Below are positions 1-14,902 of a DNA stretch of 64,000 bases, piece after piece. The position numbers and the translations under genes are program-made. Source of the DNA: the human T2T-CHM13v2.0 reference genome, Homo sapiens; NCBI RefSeq assembly GCF_009914755.1, contig NC_060930.1. The stretch is one strand, 5' to 3'. The notes under the pieces were generated by a model. The model had not been told where the DNA came from, did not search any database, and worked only from the letters and a program-made list of their open reading frames with translations. Position 1 is the first letter of the stretch, and the number at the start of each line of letters is the position of its first letter.

Positions 1-2810
1 TTTGGAGGACAGGAGACATCCTGGCCATTTGAGTCACCAAAGTTTTCATGTTGATTCTTTCTCATCTCTGTGTGTGGGTGTTCCTTTAACTGCAGTGTCA
101 ATTGAGTACAGTGAATATATTTCTTTTCTGGATGTTTTCACAGAGCCAAGGATTTGTGCAGCGTGCAGAGTGCAGAGTGCAGAGTTTTTATTTGTAGCTG
201 ACTTCCTGTCTTTGGTTTCATAGGGGGGTATATTAGCAAGGTAATTTTGGGTTGAAGCTTTGGGGTGTGATCCAGTAGGTGGTTCTTAGATGTATTGGTC
301 AGTTGGTAGGTTGTATGGCCTCCCTATATTTTCTCACAGTTGCAGCCATGTTCCCTCTCAATGCCCTGAAAGTGTGGGCTCCTCTTCCCCTTGAGTGCTG
401 GCTGTAGATCACAGCTTGGCACTCCTGGGATGCCCACTGCAGCTCTGGGATGATCTCAGGGTTTATGTTCCTTCTCCAACCTGGAGGCAGCAGAGGAAGG
501 GACCTTAGTAGTGGTTGTGGCCAAGGGTCTTCTGCTTGTTTCTTGGGGGCTCCACCTCAGATGCAGGTCAGCAATTGCTCAATGCAATCAGCCCAGGATG
601 GAGGGTCTGTGCTATGCACCCAAGCCCAGGGTTTCCTGTCTGATGATGAGCAGGAGGCATGGGACCAATAGGAGACTGGCTTCTTCTCCTTGGGTTGACA
701 TAGCCTGTTGGAGGTGTGGATAAGGGTCTTTATCCTTACCTACAAAGACCTTAGGGTCTTTGCTCCTTCATTAGTCTGCGGGTAGCAAAGGCAGTCCCAC
801 TGCAGTGGCAGTGGCAGAGAGGGGGATCTCTCTGGGGGATCTGTTACTGGGGGATCTGTTCAGGGAGTTGAGTTGCAGAGCTGCTACTGGCTCAATAGCC
901 TTAGAAGGGGGTGGCTGGAGGCCCAGGCCTGGAGGACCTGCCTAGTAAGGAGATATGGGAACAGGCACTCATGTGACAGTCTGGCCACTTTTGCATAGGG
1001 CTGCTGTGGTATGCTGGGGCTCTGCTCCACTTTCTAGACACCTCAAATTTTCTCAAATTTGGAGGTATAAACAGTAAAGGCTGTGAAACAGCAAAGATGG
1101 TGGCCTGCCTCTCCCTCTGGGAGCTGTGTCTCAGGGAGAGATCTGTTGCCAGCCTGAACGCACCTGTAGGAGGTACCCGGAGACCCCAGTTGGGAGGTTC
1201 TGCCCAGTGAGGAGAAATGGGATTGGGGATATCCTTTAAAAGACAGTCTGGTCACATTTTCATAGAGCAGCTGTGCTGTGCTGGGAATCTGCTCCAGCTA
1301 CTTGTTGCCTTGGATTCTCTAAAGCCCAAAGGCTGGAATGGCTGAGTCACCCAAATAGCAGAGATGGTCACCTGCCCTGCCTGCTGGGAGCTCTGTCCTA
1401 GGGAGGTTTGAAACCACTGTCAGCTGGAGAACACTGCTTGGCATAGCTGAAGACCCCAGTTGGGAAGTCCTGCCCAGTGAGGAAGAATGGGATTGGGGAC
1501 CTGCTTAAAGCAGTCTGGCTACACATTTGTAGAGCAGCTGTGATGTGCTGGGGGTCTGCTTTAGCCCCTGGTCACCTTGGACTTTCGGAGCTCAAAGGAC
1601 AGAATGGCTAAGTCATCCAAATAGCAAAGATGGCAGCTTGTGCCTCCCTCTGAGTGCTCCATTCCAGGGAAGTTTAAAACCTCAGTTGGCTGGAGAACAC
1701 TGGTAGGGGTAGCCGAAGGCCCTGGTTGGAAGGTCCTGCCCAGTGAGGAGGACTAAGATCGGAGGCCCACTTTAAGAAGCAGTCTGGCCACATTTTTGCA
1801 GAGCAGCTGGGCTATGCTGAGGGTCTGCTTCAGCCCCTAGTTGCCTCAAACTCTCCAAAGCCCAAAGGCCAGAACAGCTAAGTTGGCCAAACAGCAAAGA
1901 TGGTGGCCTGCCCCTCCCTCTGGGAGTTCCATCCCAGGGAGGTTTGAAACCTCTTGTCAGCTGGAGAACACTGGTGGGGATAGCTAGGGATGGTGGTTGG
2001 GAGGTCCCGCCCAGTGAGGAGGAATGAGATGGGGGACCCTCTTAAAAAAAACAGCCTGGCCATGTTTTCATAGAGCTGCTGCGCTGTGCTGGGGACCCAC
2101 TTCAGCCCCTGGTTACCTCAGACTCTCCAAAGCTAGAAACCTGGAATGTCTCAGTTGGCCGAACAGCAAAGGTGGTGGCATGCCCCTCCTTCTGGGAGCT
2201 CCATCTCAGGGAGGTGTAACACTGCTACCGGTGGCTGGCTGCAGTTCCAAGCCAGTGGGTCTTATCCCGCGAGGTGCCATGGAAGTGGGGTCTGCAGGCT
2301 GTTGCTGCTCAGCCCTTTTGATTCAGTTCCCTTCCTAGGGATATATTCAGGGGTCTAACCTCCCACTTTGTTGGAGTTGCAGCTGCTTTTGTTGGGAAGC
2401 CCAGAAAGCCTGGGTATCTAAGGCTCCCAGGTCTCTGCATGTGCCTGAGTGGCTGCTCTGCCAAGACTCCAGAGCTCTGTGCCAGACTGAAGGCCCTGGT
2501 GGCATGGGTTCACAGGGGGATCTCCTGACCTAAGAGTTGCAAAGATCCATGAGGGAAGCATGGGTTCCTGGGGTCACACATTCACTCACCACCTCCCTGG
2601 GTAGAGGAGGTTCCCCTGGCTCTGTGTTACTCCTGGGTGGGCTATCAACCTGCCTTGCTTTTCTCGATTCTCTGTGGGTTGAATTGTTTCTTTGATTAGA
2701 CCCAATGCATTTACCTGGATGTATCAGTTGAAAATGCTGTATTTATGCACCCCTTCCATTCCTTTCTGTGAGAGCAGTGCACACTAGCTACTTCTAGTTG
2801 GCCATTTTCT
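1..2810 (-). mobile_element. Old primate L1 (L1PA13-16/L1PB-like): 5'UTR and start of ORF1
   Basis: Minus strand begins gagaaaatggccaactag, an L1 5' terminus motif. ATG at 65-63 gives MRKNQHENFGDSNGQDVSCPP, resembling the older L1PA ORF1 N-terminus. Confidence 0.85.
910..2215. repeat. About 5 tandem copies of a ~268-bp unit inside the L1 5'UTR
   Basis: Anchor gcaaagatgg and variants at 1091, 1358, 1624, 1894 and 2166. Confidence 0.9.
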
Positions 2811-2849
2811 CAGGTATTTCCTATATTCTCTTAAACCTTTCAGTCCTTC

Positions 2850-3205
2850 AACGCGCAGTCTCCCTCCTGCCTCAGGGCCTTGGCACATACTTTATTTTTC
2901 CTTGCCTGCAACGTTCTCATCTCTCTCTTGATCCCCCTCTCTGAACTTCCTCTAAGTTAATGTCTATTTATTAAAATCTCAGCTCAATCATTGCTTCTTT
3001 ATTGACCCACAACCCCCCCAATCCCACAACTCTATCAGGTTCCCCCTTTTTATCTTTCCAGGTAGCAACTTCTACTTTTCCTTCTTATCAGTCATCATGA
3101 TTTGTAATTGCTTACTTTTTAATGATTATTTAATCAATATTTCTCTCCTTTTGTTTACAAATTTTCTAGCACCTGGCCCAGTGAAGAACACTCAATAAAT
3201 ATAAT
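2850..3205 (+). mobile_element. L2 3' fragment
   Basis: cctgcctcagggccttggcacat ... agcacctggcccagtg...cactcaataaatat, typical of an L2 3' end. Confidence 0.65.
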
Positions 3206-3938
3206 TAAAGAAATATGTAAGAGAAGATAGAATTTTTATTGCACATTAACAAAAGAAATGAAAGAATCCACCTTTTTGAAAATTTAAAAATAAACCAAAA
3301 TTTCTTATAGGCTGAGACATTGATCCATATAATTTGGTATAAACTTTGTTTGCTGATGAAGAGAGGGAAGTGGGGAGATGGGATGTAACTAATCTAGCAG
3401 CAATGAAAAAACAAAATTTTTCTGGTGAAATAAGTAATGGTTTTCTGGTTGAATAATTCTACACACAGAAAATGATTGATTAGAGTTTCCTGCAAGCCTG
3501 GGCTATGCAAATATAGCAGGTGTCTATGTATATGCAAGGCTTGAACACAGTCTTCAGTTACTTTTTTGGGAAAGCTGCCCCAGTTTAGTTTTGAGTCATA
3601 TTTCTACATCTGTCACTATGTTCTAATCATTACCCAAACAGGTATCAGACATGACCACGTAGGCAAAATAAATAAATAAATAATAAAATTTAAAAAACCC
3701 AATTTTGGCTTTAAAGTGTCTCAGCATGGATAATGTGGATGAATGGATACATGTTCTAATCTACTTATATCTACTTATTTCTGTTTCAATTTTAAAAAGT
3801 GATAGAGCACTCATGAAGGCATAAGTATTGCCTAACAAGTTAACTGGAGCCTCAGTTAATATGTGCTACATTAGCTGAATGAATGAGTGAATGACTAAAA
3901 TTTGACAGAAAAAAGATTGTGAGATCTGTGGGATTCTT

Positions 3939-4274
<336 letters not shown>

Positions 4275-4649
4275 AGATCTGTGGGATTCTTCACTTGATC
4301 TTGTGGCGATCTGAGATAACCAAAATCTATTTTGAGAATTAACTCTTCACTTAAGAGCTTCTAGTACAAACTACATGGTTCCTTTGGCAAGTACTTTTTA
4401 TGTGGCACTAAAGATGCCCTAAGGAGCTTTAGAAAAATCAATGAGAAAGATCCACTTGGTTCCAGAAAGTGTTTTACATTTCAGGAAGGTCAGTGAATCA
4501 GTGTTTCTGGTTCATTTCAGCCTAACTGCATTCTATTTGAAGTAGTTTTTTAAATGGTCATCTCCTGATCACTTTTTCTTTTAGGTCTCATTAAGCTTAA
4601 AGGGCTTCACCTCAAAGGGACCCTGATCACTAAAAAGTTATTTCTGGAT

Positions 4650-7295
4650 GGAGTGATGTTAGCCAGTTAGAGGATTGGGGGTCACTTGCTCTTATCTTCC
4701 CTCAGTAAGAATCCCATCCACAGAAAAAAGTCTCCTTCTGGGTCTCTGAGATTCAGGTAGAAGGCTGTGAAACCTGGTGGAGCCCAAGACCTAGGATAGT
4801 GGTTTTGAGAGTGCAGACCTGCACCTAGGTGTCAGACTGGCTGACTGTGCTTCTGAGTTCAAACCTCAAACCAGCCCCATTCCCTAAAGGCTTGCCTTGA
4901 ACCTACAAACAAAACAATTTTCCAAAGGGTCCAGGAGGAATCATGCACACTATTGCCTCAGCAGAAAGGCTCATCTGCTTGCTGACATCAGTTTCAGTAG
5001 TAGACTTGAAAGTTATCCTGCAACTTGGCTCTAGTCCCTTTCAGCTGTGTTCCCAGCTTAGTATTGCTCACACAGGATGCAGAGGGAGACTCACCCATTT
5101 GAGTTACTGAGACAGACTTACTGGCCTCTGTCTTCACAGATTTTGAAGGGGCCCAGTCTTGGTGCTAGTACTTCTCTGCCCCAGCCTGGGAGATATTCTT
5201 TCCACACAGGGAACTGTTGGGAGATTTACCTGTCCAAGCCTTTGTGACAGGTTTTTAAGTCTCTGTCCCACCGAAAATCATGAAGGGGCTCAGTCTCAGT
5301 TCCAGTTCTTCACACTGCAGTCAGGAAACGATCCTGCCTTTGCATGGAACTGCTGGGAGACACACCTATCTGAGCCACTTGGACAGGCTTGCCAGCCTCT
5401 GTTGCACAACACATCCTGAAGGGACCCTGTCTTGGCTCCAGCCCCTCTCTGCCATGGCCTGGGAGTAATTCTGTCTACACAGAACTACTAGCCAGTCTGA
5501 ACCACCAGGACAGTCTTGCCAGCCTCTGTTCCACAGCAGATCCTGAGTGAATTTTGACAACAAGCAGTCACTAGTTCTGCTACATCAGGGAGTTTAAAGC
5601 CCACCTCAGACCCTTCTCAGAGAGAGAGGCAAATCTCAACTGTACATTTGTACTGAGTATAGCAGTTGGTTCATCTGTCCCAATCCACATTACCTCAAGA
5701 CTCCTCCTACAGCCCTGTTCAACTGCTGGATTCAAAGAGTGATACCACCTGATCAGAGAATACTCCTATTTCAGCCAGATCACAGGCAATTGCAATTCTG
5801 ATTCCATAGCTCAGTCTGACTTCAGAATTAAGCCAGTGGTCTTTTTGGATAGCAGAACCAAGCCAGTTGCCCCACACAAATTCAGAGCAAAGGTAGCAGC
5901 CCAGTCATCTAGAGAACCTGAGAGCAAGCTCTGCCTGCCCAGAGTCATTACTAGCTGACCAATCTAGAAACATAGGCTAGAATAAACAGTGAAGGTCTAT
6001 TCCTGCCAAAGAACACTTGTGAAGGCTGGAAAAGGTGGCAGTCTCCACAAATGTGTAAATACCAATGCAAGGATACAAATATTACAAAGACTCAGAAAAT
6101 CATGACATCTTCAAAAGAAACAGAGCTCCAACAATGGACCCTAAAGAAAGGGAGATCCATGAAATGACAGAAAAAGAATTCAGAATAATTATGTTAAAAA
6201 GTTCATAAATTCTAAGCATATATGGATAAAAATTTTAAAAATTTGAAAAATAATACATGAACAAATTAAGAAGTTTGACAAAGAAATACAAATAGTTTTT
6301 TAAATCCCAAATAGAAATCCTAGAAATGAACAACACAATGACTGAACTGAAAAATGTAATAGAAAGCTTCAGCAGCCTGCTGGATCAAGCTGAAAAAAAG
6401 AATTAGTGAACTCAAGGCAGAATATTTGAAATTATTGAATCAGAGGAGCAAAAAGAAAAAAAAGAACTAAGAAAGCCTATGGGGATTATGTGATGCCATT
6501 GAGAGACCTAAGCTATGCATATAGGAATTAAAGCAAAAGAAGGAAAAAAAGGGCCAGAAAATGTATTTAAAGAAATAATTGATGAAAACCCCCCTTATTT
6601 GAAGAAAGAAGCCAACATCCTGGTACAGGAAAAAAGAGATCTTGAAACATATTCAACCCAAAGAAGAGGTCACTATGACACATAGCAATTAAACTATCAA
6701 AAATCAAAGACAAAGAAAAATTCTGAGAGCAGCATGAGATAAGAAATACATGACATACAAAAGAGTCCAAATGCAACAATCAGCATACTTCTCAGATTAA
6801 ATCTTGTAGGCCAGGAGGAAGTGGGATAATATATTCAAAGTGCTAAAGAAAAAAATTGCAACCAAGAACACTTTACCTAGCAAAGCTGTCTTTCAGAAAT
6901 GAGGAATAAATAAAAACTTTCCCAGATGAACAAAAGCTGAGGGATTTCCTCACCATTAGGCTGGCCTTACAGGAATTGCTAAAGGGATTTCTTTAAATTG
7001 AAACAAAAGGCTGTTAATAAAATAAAACTTATAAAAGCACAAAACCCAGTAGTATAACGAATATTGAGTTATATTTAAAATACTCTAGGACTGTAATGGT
7101 AATGTGTAAAGTAATTTTATTCCTAGTAGTAGGGTTAAAGGACAAAATTATTAACAACAACCATAGCTAAAGTAAACTGTCAAGGGATACATATTACAAA
7201 ATGATATAGATTCAGACATCAAAAATATAAAATGTGTGGGGGTAGGGGCAGTAAAAGTATACAGTTATATGCAATTAAAGTTAAGTTGTTATCAG
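4650..7295 (+). mobile_element. L1MA-type 5'UTR, degenerate ORF1 and inter-ORF region
   Basis: A-rich ORF1-like sequence at about 6050-7020, for example aaaactttcccagatgaacaaaagctgagggatttc (KTFPDEQKLRDF). Confidence 0.8.
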
Positions 7296-7477
7296 ATATT
7301 AATTTGGAATCATTCTATCATTGGAAGTCTTGCATAACAATGAACAAAAGTTGACCAATGCATGTTAGAAATTTCATTTCCTTTCATTCAAAAGCTTTCT
7401 TTGATTGAGGAAATGATGGTTATATGATTGGTACAAACACTAATCATATAACCAGAGATAAGTCCCTCAATAGTTAG

Positions 7478-8745
<1,268 letters not shown>

Positions 8746-10893
8746 TATAAAATACCTAGGAATCAATTTAACCAAAGAAATGGAAGATTTATGTAAGGAA
8801 AATGGTAAAAGACTTATGAAAGAAATTGAATAGGAAACAAAGATGGATATTTTATGTTCATGGATTAGAAGAATTAATATTGTTAAAATGACAATACTAC
8901 CCAAACCTGTTATTTAGAGGTTCACTGCAATCCCTATCAAAATACAAATGATGCTCTTCATGGAAAGAGGAAAAACAATCCTAAAATTTATATGGAACCA
9001 CAAAAGACCCCAAAGAGCCAAAGCAATGCCAAGGATAAAGAACAAAGCTGAAGACATCATACTACCTGACTTCAAAGTTTACTACAAAGCTAGAGTAACC
9101 AAATCAGCATTGTACTGGCAGAAAAACAGGCACATAGACCAATGAAAACAGAACAGAGAACCCAAACATAAATTCACACATTTACAGCCAACTCATCTTG
9201 GACAAAGGTGCCAAGAACATACAATAGGGGAAAGAACAGTCTCTTCAATAAATGGTGCTGGGAAACTTGATAACTACATAAAGAGTGAAACTAGAACTCT
9301 ATCTCTCACAATATACAAAAATCAAATAAAAATGGATTAAAGACTTTAAGACTTGAAACTACAGAAAGAAAACCTGGGGGAAATTCTCCAGTACACTGGT
9401 ATGGCAAATATATTTTGTATAAGACCTCAAAAGCACAGGTAATCAAAGCAAAAATGGGCAAATGGGATTACATCAAGTTAAAAAGCTTCTGCACAGCAAA
9501 GGAAACAATCAACAAAGTGAAAAGACAACCCACAGAATGGGAGAAAGTATTTGAAAACTACTCATGTGACAAGGGATTAATAACTAGTCTATATATAATG
9601 CTCAACTCAATAGCAAAACACTAAATAATATGATTAATAATGGGCAAAAGACCTGAATAGACATTTCTCAAAAGAAGATAAACAAAGGGCAAGCAGGTAT
9701 ATGAAAAAATGACCAACGTCACTAATCATTAGAGAAATGCAAGCCAAAACTACAATGAAATATAATCTCACCCCAGTTAAAATGGCTTTCATCTAAAAGA
9801 TAGGCAATAATGGATGCTGGTAAGGATGTGGAAAAAGGGAAAGCCTTGTATACCATTGGTGAGACTGTAAGTACAGCTACTATGAAAAGTAGTATAGAGG
9901 CTCCTCACAAAACTAAGAATAGAACCACCATATGATCCAACAATTCCACTCTTGTATATATATCTACAAGAAAGGATATCAATATATTGAAAAGACATGT
10001 GTACATCATGTTTACTGCGGCACCATTCACAATAGTCGAAATATGGAATCAACCTAATTTCTCATCAACAGATAAATGTATAAAGAAAATGTGGCAAATA
10101 CACACAATGGAATATTATTCAGCTATAAAAAAGAATGAAATTATATCATTTGCAGCAACACAAACGGAACTGGAGGTTAAGTAAAAGAATTCAAGCACAG
10201 AAAGACAAATATTGCATGTTCTCATTCATGTGAGAGCTAAAAAGGAGAATTGTGGATGTCATGAAGATAGAGTAGATTGCTGGTTACCAGAGGCCAGGAA
10301 GGTAAGTGAGGAAGAGGCATGAAGAGAAGTCCATTATTGGATACAAATATGTGGCTTGGGCCAGGTGTGGGCAACCTGTAATCCTAACACTTTGAAAGGC
10401 CAAGGCAGGAAGATTCCTTGAGCTCTGGAGTTCACGACAAGCCTGGGCAATACATTGAGACTTTGTCTCTGAAAAAAAATTAGCCAGGCATGGTGGGAGG
10501 TGCCTATAGTCCTAGCTAATCGGGAGGCTGAGGTAGGAGAATTGCTTGAGCCTGGGAGATTGAGGATGCAGTGAGCTATGATTATGCTACTGCTCTCCAG
10601 CCTATGCAACAGAGTGATACCCTGTCTCATACATCTATGTAGTGAGAGTTTGAGAGAGGAAATAAGACTTAGTGTTAGATAGATCAACAAGGTGACTATA
10701 GTTTACAGTAATTTATTATATATTTCAAAATAGTACCAAGAGGATAATTCAATGTTCCTAGCATAAAGGAAGGACAAACATTTAAGGTGATGTATATCCC
10801 AAGTACACTGATTTGATCTTTACAAGTTATATGAATGTATTACATGGGCACAGAGACCCTACAAATATGTACATCTATTATGCATCAATAAAG
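8746..10893 (+). mobile_element. L1MA5-like ORF2 3' portion and 3'UTR (interrupted by AluJ)
   Basis: ORF2 fragments ([22 protein letters not shown]). 3'UTR ends tacatctattatgcatcaataaa. Confidence 0.88.
10359..10629 (+). mobile_element. AluJ
   Basis: Diverged dimeric Alu with J-type gatgcagtgagctatgattatg. Confidence 0.9.
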
Positions 10894-13800
10894 AAGGAAA
10901 TTTAAAAATATCTTGAGACAAATGCAATTTGGAAACATAAATCAAAATGTATAGGATACTGAAAAAACAGTTCTAAGAGGAAAGTTTATAGCAATAAATG
11001 CCAAATCAAAAAAGAAGAAAAGTCACAAATAAATAACTTAATGTTGCACCTTAGGAAAATAGAAAAAGAAGAAACTAAGCCCAATGTTAGCAAATGGAAA
11101 GAAATAACAAAGATCAGAGTAGAAATAAATGAAATATAAAAGATCAAGAAAACTAAAAGTTGGTTTTTTAAAGTGATAAACAACATTGATAGACCTTTAG
11201 CTAGACTAAGAAAAAAAGAGAAAATATTCCAATAAATAAAATCAGAAATGAAAGAGAAGACATCACAATGACATCAGAGAAATACAAAGGATCATAAGAG
11301 AACATTACAAATAATTATATATCAACAAATTGGATACTCTAGAAGAAATGAACAAAATCCTAGACATATACAACCTACCAAGACTAAACTTGGAAGAAAT
11401 AGAAAATCTGAACAGACCAATAAGAGGAGAGGAGATCAAAAGAGTAATAAAACATCTACCATCAAAGAAAATCCCAGGACCTGATGAATTCACTGCTGAA
11501 TTCTTCCAAACATTTAAAGAAACACGAATACCAATTCTTTACAAACTATTCCAAAAAATCAAAGAGGAAGGAATATTTCCAACCTCTTTTTACAAAGCTA
11601 GCATTACCCTAATACCAAAGCCAGACAAGAACATCACAAGAAAAAAACAAACTACAGACCAATATCCTTGATGAACATAGATGTAAAAATCCTCAACAAA
11701 ATACTAACAAACTGAATTCAACAACATGTTAAAATTATCATTTACCACAATCAAATGGGATTTATACCTGGGATCCAAAGATAGTTTAACACAAGGAAAT
11801 CAATAAATGTAATACACCACATTAACAGAATGAAGAATAAGGTTCATATGATCATCTTGATAGATGCAGAAAATACACTTGACAAAATCCAATATCCCCT
11901 TGTGATAAAAACTCTAAATAAATTACATGTAGAAGGAATGTACCTCAACACAATAAAGGCTATATATGACAAACCCACAGCTAATATCATACTGAATGGG
12001 GAAAAGTCGAAAGCTTTTTCTCCAAGATCTGGGACAAGACAAAGATGTTTACTCTTGCCACTTCTGTTCAATATAGTACTGGAGATCTTAGCCAGAGAAA
12101 TTAGGCAGGAAAAATAAATATAGGGAATCCAAATTGGAAAGGAAGAATTTAAATTGTCTCTGTATGCAGACAACATGATCTTATATATAGATAACCCTAA
12201 AATTTCCACCAAAAACCTGTTAGAATTGATAAACTTGGTAAATTTGCAGCGTACAAAATCAACATGCAAAAATTAGTATTGTTTCTGTATGCTAACAATA
12301 AGCTTTCCAAAAAAGAAATTGAGTACCATCCCATTTACAATAGCTAAAAAAAAACAAAAAACAAAAAACAAACAAACAAATAAAAAAAACCTCTTAGGGC
12401 TACATTTAACCAAGAAGGCAAAAGATCTATACACTAAAAGCTATAGAACACTAATAAAAGATCTATACACTACAAGCTATAGAACAGTAATAAATTGAAG
12501 AAGACACAAATAAATGGAAAGGTATTTCATGCTCATGGATTGGAAAAATTAATATTATTAAAAATTCTGTACTATCCAAAGGTATCTCAAGATTCAATAC
12601 AATACCTATAAAAATTCCAATGTCATTTCTTATAGATATAAGAAAATCCTAACATTCATATGGAACCACAAAAATCTCTGAATAGCCAAGGCAATCATGA
12701 GCAAAAAGAACAAAGCAAGAGGCAGCACACCACCAGATTTCAAACTATACTATGAAGTGATAGTAATGAAAACAGCATGTCACTGGCATAAAAATAGACA
12801 CAACAACCAATAGAATAGAATACAGAACTCAGAAAAGAACCCATACATCTCTTGTTCATTGATCTTCCAATTCACAATGTACAATGTGAAAAGGACAGTC
12901 TTTTCAATAAATGGTGTTGGGAAAATTGGATATCTATATGCAAAAGACTGAAATTGGACCCTTATCTCACACGATATACAAAAAATCAACTCAAAATGGG
13001 TTAAAGACTTAAACATAAGACTTAAAACTTTAAAACTACTAGAAAAAAACAGAGGAAAAACTACACAACATTGTTCTGGGCAATAATTTTTTAGATTTGA
13101 CCTCAAAAGTGCAGTCAACAAAAGCAAAGACAGGCAAGTGGGATTACCTCAAAATAAAAATCTTCTGCATATCAAAGGAAACAATAGGGTGAAGAGACAA
13201 CCTATGGATTAGAAGAAAATATTTGCAAGCCATATATCTGATCAGGGATTAATATGCAAAATACATAAGGAACTCCTCTCTATAGAAACAAAACAAATTA
13301 CCTGGTTAAGAAATGGGAAAGGGACCTGAATAGATATTTCTCAACTGAAGACATACAAATGGCTAACAGATAAATGAAAACAATGTCCAACATTGGTAAA
13401 CATTCAAGTGATATAAATTAAAACTACTATGCAATATCACCGCACACCTGTTAGAACGGCTATTATAAAAAAGACAAAAGAGAAGTGTTGGCAAGGATAT
13501 AGAGAAAAGAGAACTCTTTATGCTGTTGGTGGGAATGTAAATTAGTACAACCATTACGGAAAAAAGTATGGAAGTTCCTCGAAAAATTAAAAGTAGAATT
13601 AACATAAGATCTAGCAATTCCACTTCTGGATAGTACCTGAATGATATGAAATCAGTATATGAAAGAGATATCTGTACTCCCTTGTTCAATGAAGTACTAT
13701 TCACAATATCCAAGTTGTGGAATCAACCTAAATCTCTATCAAGGGATAAATGGATAAAGAAAATGTGATATGTGTATATGATAGAATACTGTTCAGCCTT

Positions 13801-14297
13801 AAAGAGATGAAATTTTTTCATTTGTGACAGCATGGATGACATGTTTGTGACAACATGGATAAAATTGGACAAACTTATGCTAAGTGAAATAAGCCAAATA
13901 CTGAAAGGCAAATACTACATGTTCTCACTTTTATGTGGAATCTAAAGCAATTGAACTCAGAAGCAAAGTAGACTGACTGGTGGTTACCAGAGACTGGAGG
14001 GTTAAGGGCATGGGGAGATGGTGGGTAAAAAGCCTCACATAGGAGAAATAAGTTTGATTGCTTTTTTTCTTGAGATCAATAGCACAACATGCTGAATATA
14101 GATAATAATTGAGGACTGTACATTTCAGTATCACAGAGTAAATTTCTAATGTTCTTATCACAAAAATGTTAAATATTTTAGGTGATATATATGTTAATTA
14201 GCTTAATTTAATCATTCCACATTGTATTAAAAAACCACAATCCACTCTGTATCCCACAAATATATACAACTATAATTTGTCAATATATAATAACAAA
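10894..14297 (+). mobile_element. L1MA6-like ORF2 (RT region) through 3'UTR
   Basis: [32 protein letters not shown] and ctgtatgcagacaacatg (YAD motif). 3'UTR ends tataatttgtcaatatataataa. Multiple stops and frameshifts. Confidence 0.92.
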
Positions 14298-14902
14298 GGA
14301 GTGATTTCTGGCAATGAATTCAACAGCAAAAATTAATTCTGGCTCATGATTGTTATCATTCAATTCCTTTTTATCTTCTACTGCAAACAAAGATGTTCCT
14401 ATTTAAATAGAAATTGCTGAAAATAGTCAGTTATTAGGATTCATATATAACTGACACTGCTTTTCGAGATCCAGTTATTTCATTATTGGTAAGATTTTCA
14501 AATTGACACGTATTTATTAAATGCCTATAATGATTGCCAAGGTTCCCTCTAATTTTGAGAAAATTTCATTATTCTCTTCATATATAAACCATCTTAATTT
14601 CTGATTCTGTGACCCCGATTTGTATTTGAGTCTGAGTTTAAACTCTGCTCAATTGAAGAGAATAGTAATATCCATTTCGGGTAGCACAAGCTAAGAAAAC
14701 AATGAATCATATTAAGTAAATTAAATAATTGTATTCACTTTAGAAACAGATTAATATTTTGATTTTTTAAAGTTAAAGGTAGTAATAATATCTCACTAGC
14801 TCTTTTAACACTTGAATTACTTACCTCAGAGCTAAAGACAGAAGACATGAAAGAAAATCTGGTTATTCCCAAATAGAGATGAAACTTGATACTACACATG
14901 GT

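Noticed and set aside
12420-12492. 36-bp tandem duplication in L1 ORF2 (similar small ones at about 13825 and 17700)
   Set aside because: Ordinary slippage events in neutral sequence.
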